Shown here: piece by piece, positions 39,310-51,085 of the stretch
How positions within the stretch are numbered: the stretch's first letter is position 1
How the letters are laid out: every line of letters begins with the position of its first letter
From: Pristiophorus japonicus
Lineage: Eukaryota
Length of the DNA: 64,000 nt
Assembly: GCF_044704955.1 (NCBI RefSeq)
Contig: NC_091999.1
Span: forward strand, 50,220,001 to 50,284,000
Reading direction: 5' to 3'
Notes under the pieces: model-generated
What the model saw: the letters and a program-made list of their open reading frames with translations, nothing else
What the model was told of the DNA's origin: nothing
Database searches by the model: none
Made by a program: the position numbers and the translations under genes

Positions 39310-39885
39310 AGGTGTACACGTGTGATCTCAATATCACACTTAGGATGCTGTGTTCAGTTCTGATCTACATAATGACACTTAATTTACTGAGCATAGTTCT
39401 GGCTTCCATCTTACAGAAGCACTGGAGAAGTGCAAATAAAGAATTCCGAGGGATATACCAGAACTGAAAGATTTTAACTGCCAAGAATAATTAAACCGGC
39501 TGGGGATCTTATTTTTCAAGAAAATGGAACGCTGAGGTGTGACCGAATAAAGTTTTTTGAAATTATGAAGGGGTTTGAAAGGTTAGTCGGGTAGAAGATA
39601 TTTCTGCTTGAGTAGGAGCCTGATACTAGGCCCATAAATATAAGATATTCAATAGGGAATTCAGGGGGGTCTTCTTTACCCAGAGAGTGGGTAGAATGTG
39701 GATTCGCTACCATAGGTAGTAGTAATTGAGGCAAATATCATAGATGCGTTTCAAGGGAATGCAGATAAGTACACGACGTATAAAGGGATCGAAGGTGTTG
39801 ATAGGTGGAGATGAAGTAGGGAGAGAGGAGACTCATGTGTAACATAAAAATCAGCCTATTGGACTGAATGGCCTGTTTCTATGAA
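39310..39885 (+). mobile_element. Old CR1 3' fragment
   Basis: TCTTTACCCAGAGAGTGG (FFTQRV) and 3' UTR GACTGAATGGCCTGTTTCT. Confidence 0.7.
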
Positions 39886-39957
39886 AAAAACTCATCACAA
39901 TTCTTAATTGTTTGGATTGCAATAAATAATCTCAATAAAATAAATTTCTTGCTCATC

Positions 39958-40244
39958 GTGTGGTACATCATTCAACCGTTTTCCTCATCCTGACGTCCGT
40001 GAAGAAATCACCAGCATCAAATATGCAACAGCTGTGTGTTCAATCCTCGAATTCCGTCCAAAGGGAGTGACCGTGAATTGGCTGAGCACTGGACAACTCA
40101 TGCATTAGGGCTTCGTCACCTCTCCAATCTGTGAAGTGAACTGAAACTTCTCGGTGACCAGTCGGCTGACATTGCCCCTGGTCTCTACCTGCCAGGTCTC
40201 TCATCAAGGGTTCACACAAAGCAGAAACTTCGCCAGATCTCACG
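39958..40244 (+). pseudogene. IGHM: IgM heavy-chain Cmu2 exon (pseudo)
   Basis: HSTVFLILTS(fs)[57 protein letters not shown](del)LVSTCQVSHQGFTQSRNFARSH resembles shark Cmu2; two stops, a deletion, donor reads ATAATG, acceptor lost. Confidence 0.88.
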
Positions 40245-40544
40245 ATAATGGACACAACCCCATGAAGTCCCAAATGATTATGAGCGCGGATGTCAATCAG
40301 AGCTTTTATTCGAATTAGTAAAGAGCATAGAACTTTTTTCATTGCCAAACATACAGATTGGGCTTCCTTTCGTTGTACGTCCTAATCTATGTTCCCTCAC
40401 GGTTCAGGATTCCATAACCTCGTCAAAGGTTTCCCTGAGCGGTGATGTCGGATAGTGAATGAGGTGTCCTTAGTCTGAGGTTTATTCTGAGAAAGGTCAA
40501 TTTCTAATATACAATCGTGCTGTTTATGTTTTCTTCTATTATAA

Positions 40545-40965
40545 TATAAAAGAAAGAACTGCCATGGCCGAACTCCAGTTGTCCTAAAGTGCTTCACCGC
40601 CAAGGAAGTTCTTCTTGAATTGTGGTCACTGTTTTACTGTAGAAATCGCGGCGGCCAATGTTCAGACAGTAAGGTCCCACGAACAGCAATGTGATAATGA
40701 CCAGATAATCTTTTTGTTTAGTGCTGTTTGTTGAGTCGTAAGTATTGTCCAGGACAACTGGGAGAAATGCCCTGCTCATCTTCGAAATAACCCCAAGGGA
40801 TATTTTCCATCCAATTCAAAGGGCAGATGGGGCCTTGGTTTCCGATCTCATCCGAAATACAGCACCTCCCACAATGCAGCGCTCCCGCAGTACTGCACTG
40901 GGAGTGACAGCTCACATTTTTTGTTCAAGAATGTGGAGTGCGACTTGAACCTACAATCTTCTGAT
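40545..40965 (-). mobile_element. Deu-domain SINE (SacSINE1-like)
   Basis: Reverse complement of the 23743-24185 element; B-box rc ACTTGAACC at ~40943. Confidence 0.8.
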
Positions 40966-41014
40966 TCGGGATTTCTCATGGTTCAGGATTTAATAACCTC
41001 GCAAGATGTTCGCC

Positions 41015-41140
41015 CTGACGAAGGGTCATCGACCTAAAACGTTAACTTTTTTGTCTCTCCACAGATGCTGCCTGACCAGCTGAGATTTCCAGTCTTTCTT
41101 TTTTTATTTCAGATTGCAGCATCCGCAGTATTTTGCTCTT
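41015..41140 (+). mobile_element. Penelope-like terminal fragment with hammerhead motif (core mutated)
   Basis: CTGACGA AGGGTC ATC GACCT AAAACGTT AACT ... CCACAGATGCTGCCTGACC. Confidence 0.6.
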
Positions 41141-41239
41141 GATTTCCCTCTGCTCTAATTTCAGACAATATGTCTGCTGCCCTTGGTCTCAGGTTTATAC
41201 TGAGATGGAGCGACAGTAGGTGTTGGAACATTTTGCTGG

Positions 41240-41747
41240 TAACTGTCTCAGGACCCACTGCTGGAAAGGGCGCCTACCCTATTTCGAACATTGTGTTCAG
41301 TTCCATGCACCGCGCTGCAGGATGGATATAGCGGCTTTAGAGCGGGTGCAATGCAAATTCACCCGAATCATACCGGGGCTAAAATAGTTAAATAATGAGG
41401 ACAAGTTGCACAGAATAGGCTTGTATTACTTTGCATTTTGAAGGTAAAGAGGTGATCTAAGTTGTTTTACTTCATAAACGGCATTGTTAGGGTAGAGGGA
41501 AAATATTTCCTTGGTGCTGGATTGAGAACAAGGGGCACAAACTTAAAATTCGAGCGAGCCCATTGAGGAGTGAGGTCAGGAAGGATTCTTTCACACAAAT
41601 GATAATAGTAATCTGGAAACCTCTCCCCCAACAGCTGTTGAGGCGTAGGATCATTTGAAGATGTCAATACTGAGATTGATACATCTTTGTTAGGCAAGGG
41701 CATCAGGCGTTACAGAAATGAGGCGGATAGATGATATTGAGGTATAG
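41240..41747 (+). mobile_element. Old CR1 3' fragment hosting the Gypsy insertion (tail continues 46326-46400)
   Basis: HCVQF, RVQCKFTRIIPGL remnants; 3' UTR TTGAGGTATAG|LTR element|TGCAGGTCATCCAAGATCTAATTGAATGG. Confidence 0.75.
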
Positions 41748-41956
41748 TATTGTGTTCCTAACACAGATGAGAATTCAGAGGAAGGTTAAAGTAAGAGTGA
41801 CCTCAGTCTTTATTAAGAAACTCCAGAGTGAGTAACAGACCTTCGGGGCCAGCTTATATACAGTGCTCTCAAGGGATGCTGGGATCCCTTGGGACTTCTG
41901 GGGATGCGCTCCCTGGTGGCAGAACATGGGAGTGCATGCTTTACAAATGCACAACA
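41748..41956 (-). repeat. 3' LTR of the Gypsy element
   Basis: Direct repeat of 46115-46325; minus-strand TGTTGTG...CACAATA; PPT CTTTGGCGGGGAGTGA adjacent (41957-41972). Confidence 0.93.
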
Positions 41957-44900
41957 TCACTCCCCGCCAAAGTCAAAGTGAAAACAATTTACAAGGTGAG
42001 GCGGTCGGGAGCCTTTCTTTCCCTGGTGGACGGCCTTGATACAAATGTCGGTTCTGGTGTGTTGGCTGTGCCCTCGCTGGGCTGGTGTGTTGTTGGCCCT
42101 GCAGAGCTGCTGGGTGAGCCTGGCCTTGCTGGGCTGTTGGGCGTGATGGGTTCCATTTCCTGGTCCGGCGTGGTGTTGTTGATCGTTTTGGTGTGTGTTA
42201 TGCGTTCGACAAAGGTGGTGTCTGTTGTGGGTTGTTCAAGGCAGTCTATGAACCACAGCCTCGTGTGGTCCAGGTGCTTGTGCAAATTTGTCCATTGTCT
42301 AGTTTGAGTACAAACATCCGACTCCCTTATTTAGCTGTCACCCTGCCCGCGATCAACTTGGGACCATGTCCCTAGTTTAGCACATACATAGGGTCATTCA
42401 GATCAATTTCCCCTGACACAGTGGCACGACCATCGTTTACATTTTGTTGCTGCCGCCTGCTCTCTACCTGGTCATGCAGGTTGAGGTGAACCAGTGAGAG
42501 TCTGGTTTTAAGTGTCCTTTTCATGAGTAGCTCAGCTGGGGGAACCCCTGTGAGTGAGTGGGGTCACGTGCAGTAGCTGAGCAGTACTCGGAACAGGCGG
42601 GTTTGGAGTAAGCCTTCTGTGACTTGTTTGGGGCTCTGTTTCATTGTTTGTACTGCTCGCTCTGCCTGCCCATTGGAGGATGGTTCAAACGGGGCGGAGG
42701 TGCCATGTTTGATCCCATTGCGGGTCATGAATTCTTTAAAATCGGCACTGGTGAAACATGGCCCGTTGTCACTGACCAGTATGTCAGGCTGGCCGTGGGC
42801 GGCAAACATGGCCCTCAGGCTTTCAATGATGGCGGTGGCGGTGCTTCCCGATATTATTTCACATTCAATCCATTTAGAAAAATCATCCACCACCACCAGG
42901 AACATTATACCGAGAAACGGGCCCGCATAGTCGACATGAATCCTCGACCATGGTCTGGATGGTCAGGACCACAAACTTAGTGGTGCCTCTCTGGGCATGT
43001 TGCTCAAATGAGCACACATGCTGCATTGGCGTACACGAGACTGTAAGTCAGAGTCGATATCGGGCCACCACACGTGGGATCTGGCTATCGCTTTCATCAT
43101 AACTATACCCGGGGGTGTGCTTTGGAGATCCGAGATGAACGTGTCCCTGCCCTTTTTGGGTAACACTACGTGGTGACTGCACAACAGGCAGTCTGCCTGA
43201 ATGGACAGCTTGTCCTTTCACCGCTGGAACGGCTTGATTAGCTTTTGTATTTCAACGGGTTTGCTGGCCCAGCTCGCATGCAGTACACAGTTTTTTACTA
43301 GGGACAGCAGAGGTTCTTGGCTTGTCCAAGTCCGAATCTGGTGGTCCGTGATCGGTGATTTATCATTTTCAAACGCTTCCATGTCCATCAACAAGTCTGC
43401 GGGCTGCGCCATCGTCAATAAGTTTGCAGGCTGCGCCATTTACACCCCCATGGTGGGCAATGGTAGCCAACTGAGAGCAACTGTACAGTTATCGGTGCCT
43501 GGCCTGTGGCAGATGGTATAGTTATACGCTGATAGCGCGAGTGCCCACCTTTGTATGCGGGATGAGGCATTAGTATTTATCCCCTTGTTTTCAGTGAACA
43601 GGGATAGGAGGGGCTTGTGATCGGCTTCCAGCTCAAATATGAGGCCAAACAGGTACTGATGCATTTTCTTTACCCCGAACACAAACGTTAATGTCTTTTT
43701 CTCAATCATGCTGTCGGCCCTCTCGGCCTTAGACAAGTTCCTGCAGGCATAGGCGACAGGTTGCAACTTCTCCGCATTGTTAGCTTGTTGTAATGCGCAC
43801 TCGACTCTGTATGACGACGCATCACATGCTAGCACAAGTCTTTTACACGGGTTATACAATACAAGCAGCTTGATGCAGCATAAAATGTTTCTGGCTTTCT
43901 CAAAAGCAATTACTTGTTTTTTTCCCCATAACCTTTAGGCATTAACACATGTAGGGGCTCTAAGAAGGTGCTTAACCCCGGTAGGATGTAACCAAAATAG
44001 TTGAGGAGTCCCAGGTACGACCGCAGCTCCATGACATTCTGTGTCCTGGGCGCGTTCCTGACAGCCTCTGTCATGGCATCTGTGGGCCAAATGCCATCGG
44101 CCGTGATCTCCACGAAAACAACACTTCTGTTGCCATGAAGATGCATTTCGACCTCTTCAGCCCCAGCCGTACGCGATCCAGTCGCTGAAGGACCTCCTCC
44201 AAGATTTGTAGGTGCTCGATGGTGTCCCGACCTGTGAACAATATGTCGTCCTGAAAAACCACCGTGCGTGGGACCGACTTGAGTAGGCTCTCCGTGTTTC
44301 TCTGGAAGATCGCTGCAGCCGACCAAGTTCCAAATGGGTATCTGTTGTAGATGAACAATCCTTGTGCGCGTTGATGCAGGTGAGGCCATTCGAAGACTCC
44401 TCCAGCTCCTGCATCATGTAGGCCGAATTCAGATCGAGCTTGGTGAACATCTTGCCTCCTGCCAGCGTCACAAATACGTCATCTGCCTTAGGTAGTGGGT
44501 ATTTGTCCTGTAGAGAGAAACGATTAATAGTTACTTTATAATCGCCACAAATCCTGACCGTGCCATCACTTTTGAGTACAGGAACAATCGGGCTGGCCCA
44601 CTCGCTGAATTCTACTGGGGAGATGATGCCCCCGCGTTGCAGCCTGTCCAGCTCGATTTCCACTCTCTCCCTCATCATGTGCGGTACCGCTCGCGCCTTG
44701 TGGTGAAAGTGTCGTGCCTCTGGGACCAAGTGGCACCTTCGCCCGGAAAAGTTTCCAATGCCTGGCTCAAAAAGGAAGGACATTTTTTAAGAACCTGGGT
44801 ATATGAGGCCTCATCGACATGTGATAGCGCTCGGATGTCATCCCAGTTCCGGCGGATTTTGCCCAGCCAGCTCCTTCCAAGCAGTTTGGGGTGATCCCTC

Positions 44901-46102
44901 GGGAAAATTAAGAGTGGCAGTTCATGCACCGTGCCCTCGTAGGTGACGTTGACCATGGCGCTGCCCAGGACAGTAATAAACTCTTTGGTGCAAGTTATCT
45001 GTTTCGTGTGAATGGGGCTCAGGAATGGTCTGAGTGTCTTGTTGCACCACAGTCTCTGAAACATCTGTTTACTCAGGTTGATTGGCTAGCGCCAGTGTCC
45101 ATTTCAATGGCTACAGGTAAGCAATTCTATTTTATATTTAGCATTATAGGTGGACATTTCATCAAAAATGTGTGGACCCAGTGTATTTCAGCATCTGCCT
45201 CCTCTCTCTGATGCTCGAAATAGCTTTGATCCACCATGGACCGATCTTCCTCTGCCACATGGTGGTTAGTACATTTTGCCGAGCTTGCAGCTCATCTGCA
45301 AGCTCGTTGGAGGTGCCCCATTGTTCCACAGCTGTTGCAACCATACCCTTTGAACCGGCATGAATAGGCTGAATGGAAGCCTCCTCAAAGCCATCAAGGT
45401 GGAATTGCCTTGCATTCATCCTTTGTTGCGGGCTCTGAGTCATCTGGGTCACCTGAGGCCTTCTGGCAGTTGAAGACTCGTGCGTTTGCCCTGTACATTT
45501 CTGCTCGAAAACACAGTTCCAGTTAATTTATGAACATTGCTAGCACTTGTGTACTGAGAGATTTGTTTGGTGTTTTCACTGGTGGACATAAACGCCTGTG
45601 CTATCGCAATGGCCTTAATGAGGGTAGGTGTCTCTACAATCAAAATTTTCATAGGATGGTCTCGTGGCCAATACCCAGTACAAAAAATCTGAGCATTTGC
45701 TCCAGGTAGCCATTAAACTCACATTGTCCTGCAAGTTGCCTTAGCTCAGCGAAGTAGCTCGCCAATTCCTTGCCTTCAGATCGCTGGCACGTGTAGAACC
45801 GATACCTCGCCATCAACACGCTCTCCCTCAGGTTAAGATGCTCCCGAACCAGTGAACACTGCTCCTCATATGACATATCTGTGGGTTTCACCAGAGCCAG
45901 AAATTCTTCATGAGGCTGTAGGTCGGTGCCCCGCACACCATGAGGAGGACCGCTCTCCTTTTTCCAGTGCTTCCTTCTCCATCCAGCTCGTTGGCTACAA
46001 AGTACTGCTCTAGCCGTTCAACATAGGCTTCCCAGTCCTCACCATCCGAGAAATTCTCCTGGATGCCCCCAGTTTGGTGCATCTTTGCGTTGGATTCGTA
46101 TA

Positions 46103-46112
46103 CTCGTCGCCA
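46103..46112 (-). promoter_or_regulatory. Primer-binding site complementary to the tRNA-Ser(GCU) 3' end
   Basis: TGGCGACGAG 2 nt downstream of the 5' LTR; vertebrate tRNA-Ser(GCU) ends CTCGTCGCCA. Confidence 0.75.
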
Positions 46113-46114
46113 GT

Positions 46115-46325
46115 TATTGTGTTCCAAACACAGATGAGACTGCACACAGGGAGGTTAAAGTAACAGTGACCTCAGTCTTTATTAAGACACTCCAGAATGG
46201 TTAACAGGCCTCAGGGGCCGGCTTATATACAGTGCTCCCAAAGGATGCTGGGATCCCTTGGGACTTCAGGGCATGCGCTGCCTGGTGTCGGAACATGGGA
46301 ATGCATGCTATACAGATACACAACA
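46115..46325 (-). repeat. 5' LTR of the Gypsy element
   Basis: Direct repeat of 41748-41956, roughly 25 differences by eye. Confidence 0.93.
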
Positions 46326-47049
46326 TGCAGGTCATCCAAGATCTAATTGAATGGAGGAACATGCTTGATGGACTGAATGTCATATTTCCTTCTGACCATC
46401 TTTAACAAGGCATGATAAAGGCTCACTAATGATAGAAATGAAAAACTACTTCACACCAACATTACACATGATTCCCATACACAAAAGAGCACTTGGAACG
46501 CCATTGTCCCGACCTTTCACTTCTCCTTGGACGGGGGCTGCAAGTGCTACTTGTACATTTTTATCGCCCCAAAAAATCACAAGACACTTTATTTCGTTTC
46601 GCTACCAAAATCCTGAGTTGGATTTGTTACTCATTTTGAGCCAGTGTCAGTTTAGTGTTGAGCTCTTGAACCTGGGGCAGAGTCATTTTTAGAGCGGTGA
46701 TAATGTTTGGGCACAAGGATCTGTCGTCGAGCGTAATGGAACAAGGGTTTTCGGGAAGAGCGCTATTCAGTTCGTAACACTATTGTGCACGAATGTATTT
46801 AATGTTTTACGCCGGGTATTTGCTTTACAGCACATTACAGGTGGATCTGGATGTAAACACACAGGAAATGTTAAAGAGTCTCCCGGAAACGTTGCCAATG
46901 GGTTGTCCTTCCAATAACGATTTGTTTAAGCGACAGCGAATGCTTGATATCTCAAAGATGATTTATTCTTCTTGTAGGAATGAAGGCTGCATGCTGTTAC
47001 CCTGATTGTGAAGATGAAGCTTGGCTTGATTTATATTTCTGCTTCACAG

Positions 47050-47346
47050 ATTAGATCCAATGCACCGATCCAGAAATCACTCTTCTGTAACCGTCAGTAG
47101 AACAGGCCTACTTGGGACATTATCCTGTGTCGTGTCTAATGGTCCTTATGGAATCAAAGTATCCAGGACTCGAGAAAAGGAGACTTGGAAATCAAAGATT
47201 GCCGTCGAAACCGGCGAAGCTCCCAACAGTGTGATCAGCAACATAAACATCTCGAAACAAGCCTGGCAGAGCGGTGTTGAGTTCTGCTCCGTGATGAGGC
47301 CCCATTATTATAGCGACTATAAGAGATTCCATCCGCAAGGAAAATG
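47050..47346 (+). pseudogene. IGHM: IgM heavy-chain Cmu3 exon (pseudo)
   Basis: Acceptor TTCACAG|; [20 protein letters not shown](fs)[60 protein letters not shown](fs)IRDSIRKEN resembles shark Cmu3; donor reads ATGAGC. Confidence 0.9.
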
Positions 47347-47853
47347 ATGAGCGGAGAAATTGTAGCAACAAGTGAAATGCTCTGACGATTTCCGTGCATG
47401 TGCTAATTGGCTCTATTAAGTGTGTTAATGGACTGTTCTGATAATTGAAATGGTAATTCCACTAAACAATCCGACTAGGACCCGAAATGATGCACTTAAC
47501 TGGAATCTGGATCAGTCCATGAGGGAAAAAGGGAAATATATTTTATTTCTGTTAGATAAAGTTAGCTGGACGAGGCTCGTTTGGAGCATAAACAATGATA
47601 ATGACCAGTTGGGAAGGAAGGTCCGCTTCTGTGATAAAAATGCTGTGTTATTTTCCAGTCCTACTCTTAAAGCACCCAGAGAGAACGATTGCATCCCCCT
47701 CTGCTCCGTGCTGCAAAGCCAGACAGGCCACAGAGGGGAAAAAGGAAATCCTTTAAAAATCAGCACACAACACATTTCTCTCATATCTAACTACCGGTTC
47801 CTTTGTCTTTGGAATTATCCAGTTTATTGACTTTTAAAGTAATTGTTCTGCAG

Positions 47854-48234
47854 CTAAGGATCCGCGGGAACCGGCCGTGTCTGTCCTCCTGCCCTCGGCA
47901 GAAGAAGTCTCCGTTCAAACTTTCTCTACCTTCAACTGCTTAATGAGAGGTTTCTCACCCGAAGAGATCTTCGTCAACTGACAAGCCGGTGGATTCCGGC
48001 AACTAGAAGAACACCGAGGTGATGGCGGAGAACGGCAGCAGTTCCTTCTTCATCTACAGCCTGCTATCCATTGCAGCCGAGGAGTGGGCCAGCGGCGCCT
48101 CTTACTCATGTGTGATGAGACATGAAGCGGTCCCCGTGAAGATCACCAACAGAACCGTCAATAAGTCCAGTGGTAAACTGACTTTTGTGAACATTTCATT
48201 TAAGCTGGTAGATAAGGTGAATTCTTGTCAATGA
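47854..48234 (+). pseudogene. IGHM: IgM heavy-chain Cmu4 exon plus secretory tail (pseudo)
   Basis: Acceptor CTGCAG|; [42 protein letters not shown](del/fs)[62 protein letters not shown], internal donor G|GTAAAC at 48172/3, tail [20 protein letters not shown] with penultimate Cys. Confidence 0.95.
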
Positions 48235-48262
48235 GAATCTCTCGATTGCATTTAAATTCTTA

Positions 48263-48268
48263 AATAAA
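48263..48268 (+). terminator. Polyadenylation signal of the secretory form
   Basis: AATAAA 28 nt after the secretory-tail stop. Confidence 0.7.
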
Positions 48269-48674
48269 ATACTGTAAAGGCCTTTTCTTCCAATTGCGAG
48301 TTAAATACATAGCCACTCAATTAATATTGTTTTGCTACCCATTTTTGCGAACGCGGGAGGCTGCTAAACTGAAGCAGGCTATTTACAGGAGTCGGGTCCA
48401 AGGCTTGTACAGCCAAAGTTCCCAGCTCAGATAAACCACTGGTTGGAGACAGGGTGAAGCTCTTTCATGACAAGTTTCCACAATGTAACTTCAGCAACTT
48501 TCCTCCCACTGGAGGAATCTTTAACGTTCCCATTTCCGACAAACAAATGCAGCCATTTAGATATTGGTGTCCCTGTTTCTGATGTTGTCCATCCCTTCAG
48601 AATTGAGGCCAGTTTTATTTTGAAGCTTCGCATCTTCTGGAAACTAAAAAGAGGGCCAGATACGTACATGAACT

Positions 48675-49160
48675 GCACCTCCCATTATCACACCAGAAAG
48701 CGAGGACAGGGAATGGTTAACCCACTGTCCCTTCAACTCGCCAGCAGAGAAAGGGGAAAGGATAATGGTTAACACCCTGTACCTCACATTCAACCACCAG
48801 AGAGAGGGGAAAGGACAATTGTTAACCAAATGTACCTCACACTCAAACACCAGAGAGAGGGGGAGGACAATTGTTCACCCAATGTACCTCACACTCAACC
48901 ACCAGAGAGAGGGGAAAGGACAATTGTTAATCCAATGTACCTCACATTCAACCACCAGAGAGAGGGGAAAGGACAATTGTTAACCCAATGTACCTCACAC
49001 TCAACCACCAGAGAGAGGGGAAAAGGCAATTGTTAACCGAATGTACCTCACACTCAATCACCAGAGAGAGGGGAAAGGACAATTGTTAATTCAATGTACC
49101 TCACACTCAACCACCAGAGAGAGGGGAAAGGACAATTGTTAACCCAATGTACCTCACACG
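48675..49160. repeat. 53-bp minisatellite, ~9 copies, in the Cmu4-TM1 intron
   Basis: Unit AATGTACCTCACACTCAACCACCAGAGAGAGGGGAAAGGACAATTGTTAACCC; starts at 48881, 48934, 48987. Confidence 0.95.
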
Positions 49161-49554
49161 CCCACCATCCGCCCCCCGTCCCTACCGCAGAGAGGGGAAG
49201 TCAACCAATCTCTATTCTGTGAACTCAGTAGCAACCAGTAAAATGATAGTTTCCAACTCGCTGTGAGAAAACGTTAAACTTGCCGCATATGCATCATATT
49301 GTATAATAAATATTGTTCAACATTTTAGCTTTAACTAGTATTTGGCTAAATCTATATCAGTTATTCGTAAACTAACTGATTGAATTTTAATAGTCAAAAT
49401 GTAAACTGGTTATTCAATCCTCTGCAGGTTTTTTCATGGTTATCGCCAAGATAATTCCGAGGTCCATTGTTGAATTGTTGAAATCCATCAACTGACATCA
49501 CATTGCGTCTCACACGGAAACACTTTTACATAGAGTGGGCGAGAATGCCTGTAA

Positions 49555-50220
49555 AAGTGAGTGTGTGTCTCTATGTGTATGTGTGTTCGTGGTTGTGTGT
49601 AAGTTTGTGTGTTTTTGTGTAAGTGCACACTTCCAAACAAACACACCCAGACTTACAAATAAACAAACACATCTTCACACTAACACAGAATAATATAGGT
49701 ATCCAGAATATAATGCACACGTTATTGTCAGACTCAGTTACTGGTACTCTCTGAAACTTTGAGTAAACATACACAATCTTACACAAAGTACACAAACACA
49801 CGCATTAACACACAGATTTACACACACATAACCACACATATCAACACAAACACACATACACAAATCACACACACAAATACACACGCAGTTACACTCAAAC
49901 TCACACAGTTACACATAAAAAGACAAACATAGACCTCAACATTCAAAAACGCTTACATATACACATAAGGTACATGCACATTACTACACAGAACACGCAC
50001 ACTTATATATGTAAATACAAATATGCAAAAACACACAAAGACTTACATATAAACATACACACACTTACATAAATACGCGCACAATTACATATAACATACA
50101 CAGTTACATATTAACCTACACATTAAAACACAAACACAGGGAAAACGAAAACAAGAGATCATGATCCACACATATGCAAACAGTAAAACGCACAAAACAC
50201 ATCAGGATATAAACATATGT
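49555..50220. repeat. Degenerate (TG)/(CA)-rich low-complexity tract
   Basis: Directly visible. Confidence 0.8.
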
Positions 50221-50810
50221 GGAATTCAATGCACTTTTTATAAAAACACAGCATGCAATGATGGCACTGAATAAGTAACTCCTGAAAGCATAATTCTCAC
50301 TTTCTCAATTCCTACACTGAATCCATGAACTTGTTGGAAACTGGTACAAGTTAATTATGTTCAGAGCACTGCCATAACAAGTAAATAAGCAATATTATAA
50401 CTCACAACTGATCAGTTACCTTGTCTCCTTGACAGTCTCCAAATAAGTAGCTATCTATACCTATCGTTAAATTATCGATATCAATCAGAAAACCTCCATC
50501 GATCTTACATTATACTATTCCCGAATGGTAGATCGTAGAAAATTGATGCAAGATCAATTAGCGTGTGACATTGAAGGCAACATTCATATTTTCCAACACG
50601 GACTATATGAAGATCATAAAAGAAGAATGACTGTGGAGGTAGGAACAGAGATAGATTGCCGAGAGTGATTAACTTAACACAAGGTATATATTGACAATTA
50701 AATTAGAGAACAAAATAATAATTCATGGAAAAGAAAAGAGAATATATGATCACATGATATCTTGGTTTCATAAGCGATCTCAATATATTTCTATCTCTTA
50801 ATCCCCGTAG

Positions 50811-50938
50811 ATTCCTCAGACCACATCTCGAGTGAAGACTATGAGGATGAGTGCGACAACATCTGGACAACGGCTTCCACATTCATCATCCAGTTCTTCC
50901 TGAGCATTTCCTACAGTGCTGCCGTCACTCTGATGAAA
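50811..50938 (+). pseudogene. IGHM: IgM membrane exon TM1
   Basis: Acceptor CCCGTAG|; DSSDHISSEDYEDECDNIWTTASTFIIQFFLSISYSAAVTLMK with the conserved antigen-receptor TM motif; frame open, donor reads GCGAGA. Confidence 0.93.
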
Positions 50939-51076
50939 GCGAGAAGATTCAATCCATTCACATCGATCTGTTTGAAGCGGTTTGACAAATCTCTGGATGT
51001 TTCATTGATAAAAACCTTGCGATAAATGCCCCATACCACTAGATCTTCACTTCACTCTTTAATACCTCTTTTACAG

Positions 51077-51085
51077 GTCAACTGA
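51077..51085 (+). pseudogene. IGHM: IgM membrane exon TM2 (coding part)
   Basis: CTCTTTTACAG|GTC AAC TGA = VN* (VK* expected), 138 nt after TM1; AATAAA at 51148-51153. Confidence 0.8.

Larger units (their letters stand above)
41748..46325 (-). mobile_element. Full-length, decayed Ty3/Gypsy (Mag-like) LTR retrotransposon in the Cmu2-Cmu3 intron
   Basis: Two ~210-bp LTRs; on minus gag (DWEAYVERLEQYFVAN), protease (EMDTGAS), RT (EWASPIVPV, FQDD), RNase H (LACDAS), integrase (ARSHVWWP, SDNG, SNGQAER); PBS and PPT; degenerate 5-bp TSD TATAG/TGCAG. Confidence 0.95.

Noticed and set aside
46698-46738. JH-like TGG GCA CAA GGA ... (WAQGSVVE) followed by GTAATG
   Set aside because: No upstream heptamer/nonamer, too short, and it lies in the Cmu2-Cmu3 intron
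48675-49160. Regular repeat with internal palindromes resembling a CRISPR array
   Set aside because: Head-to-tail units with no unique spacers, no cas genes, vertebrate context
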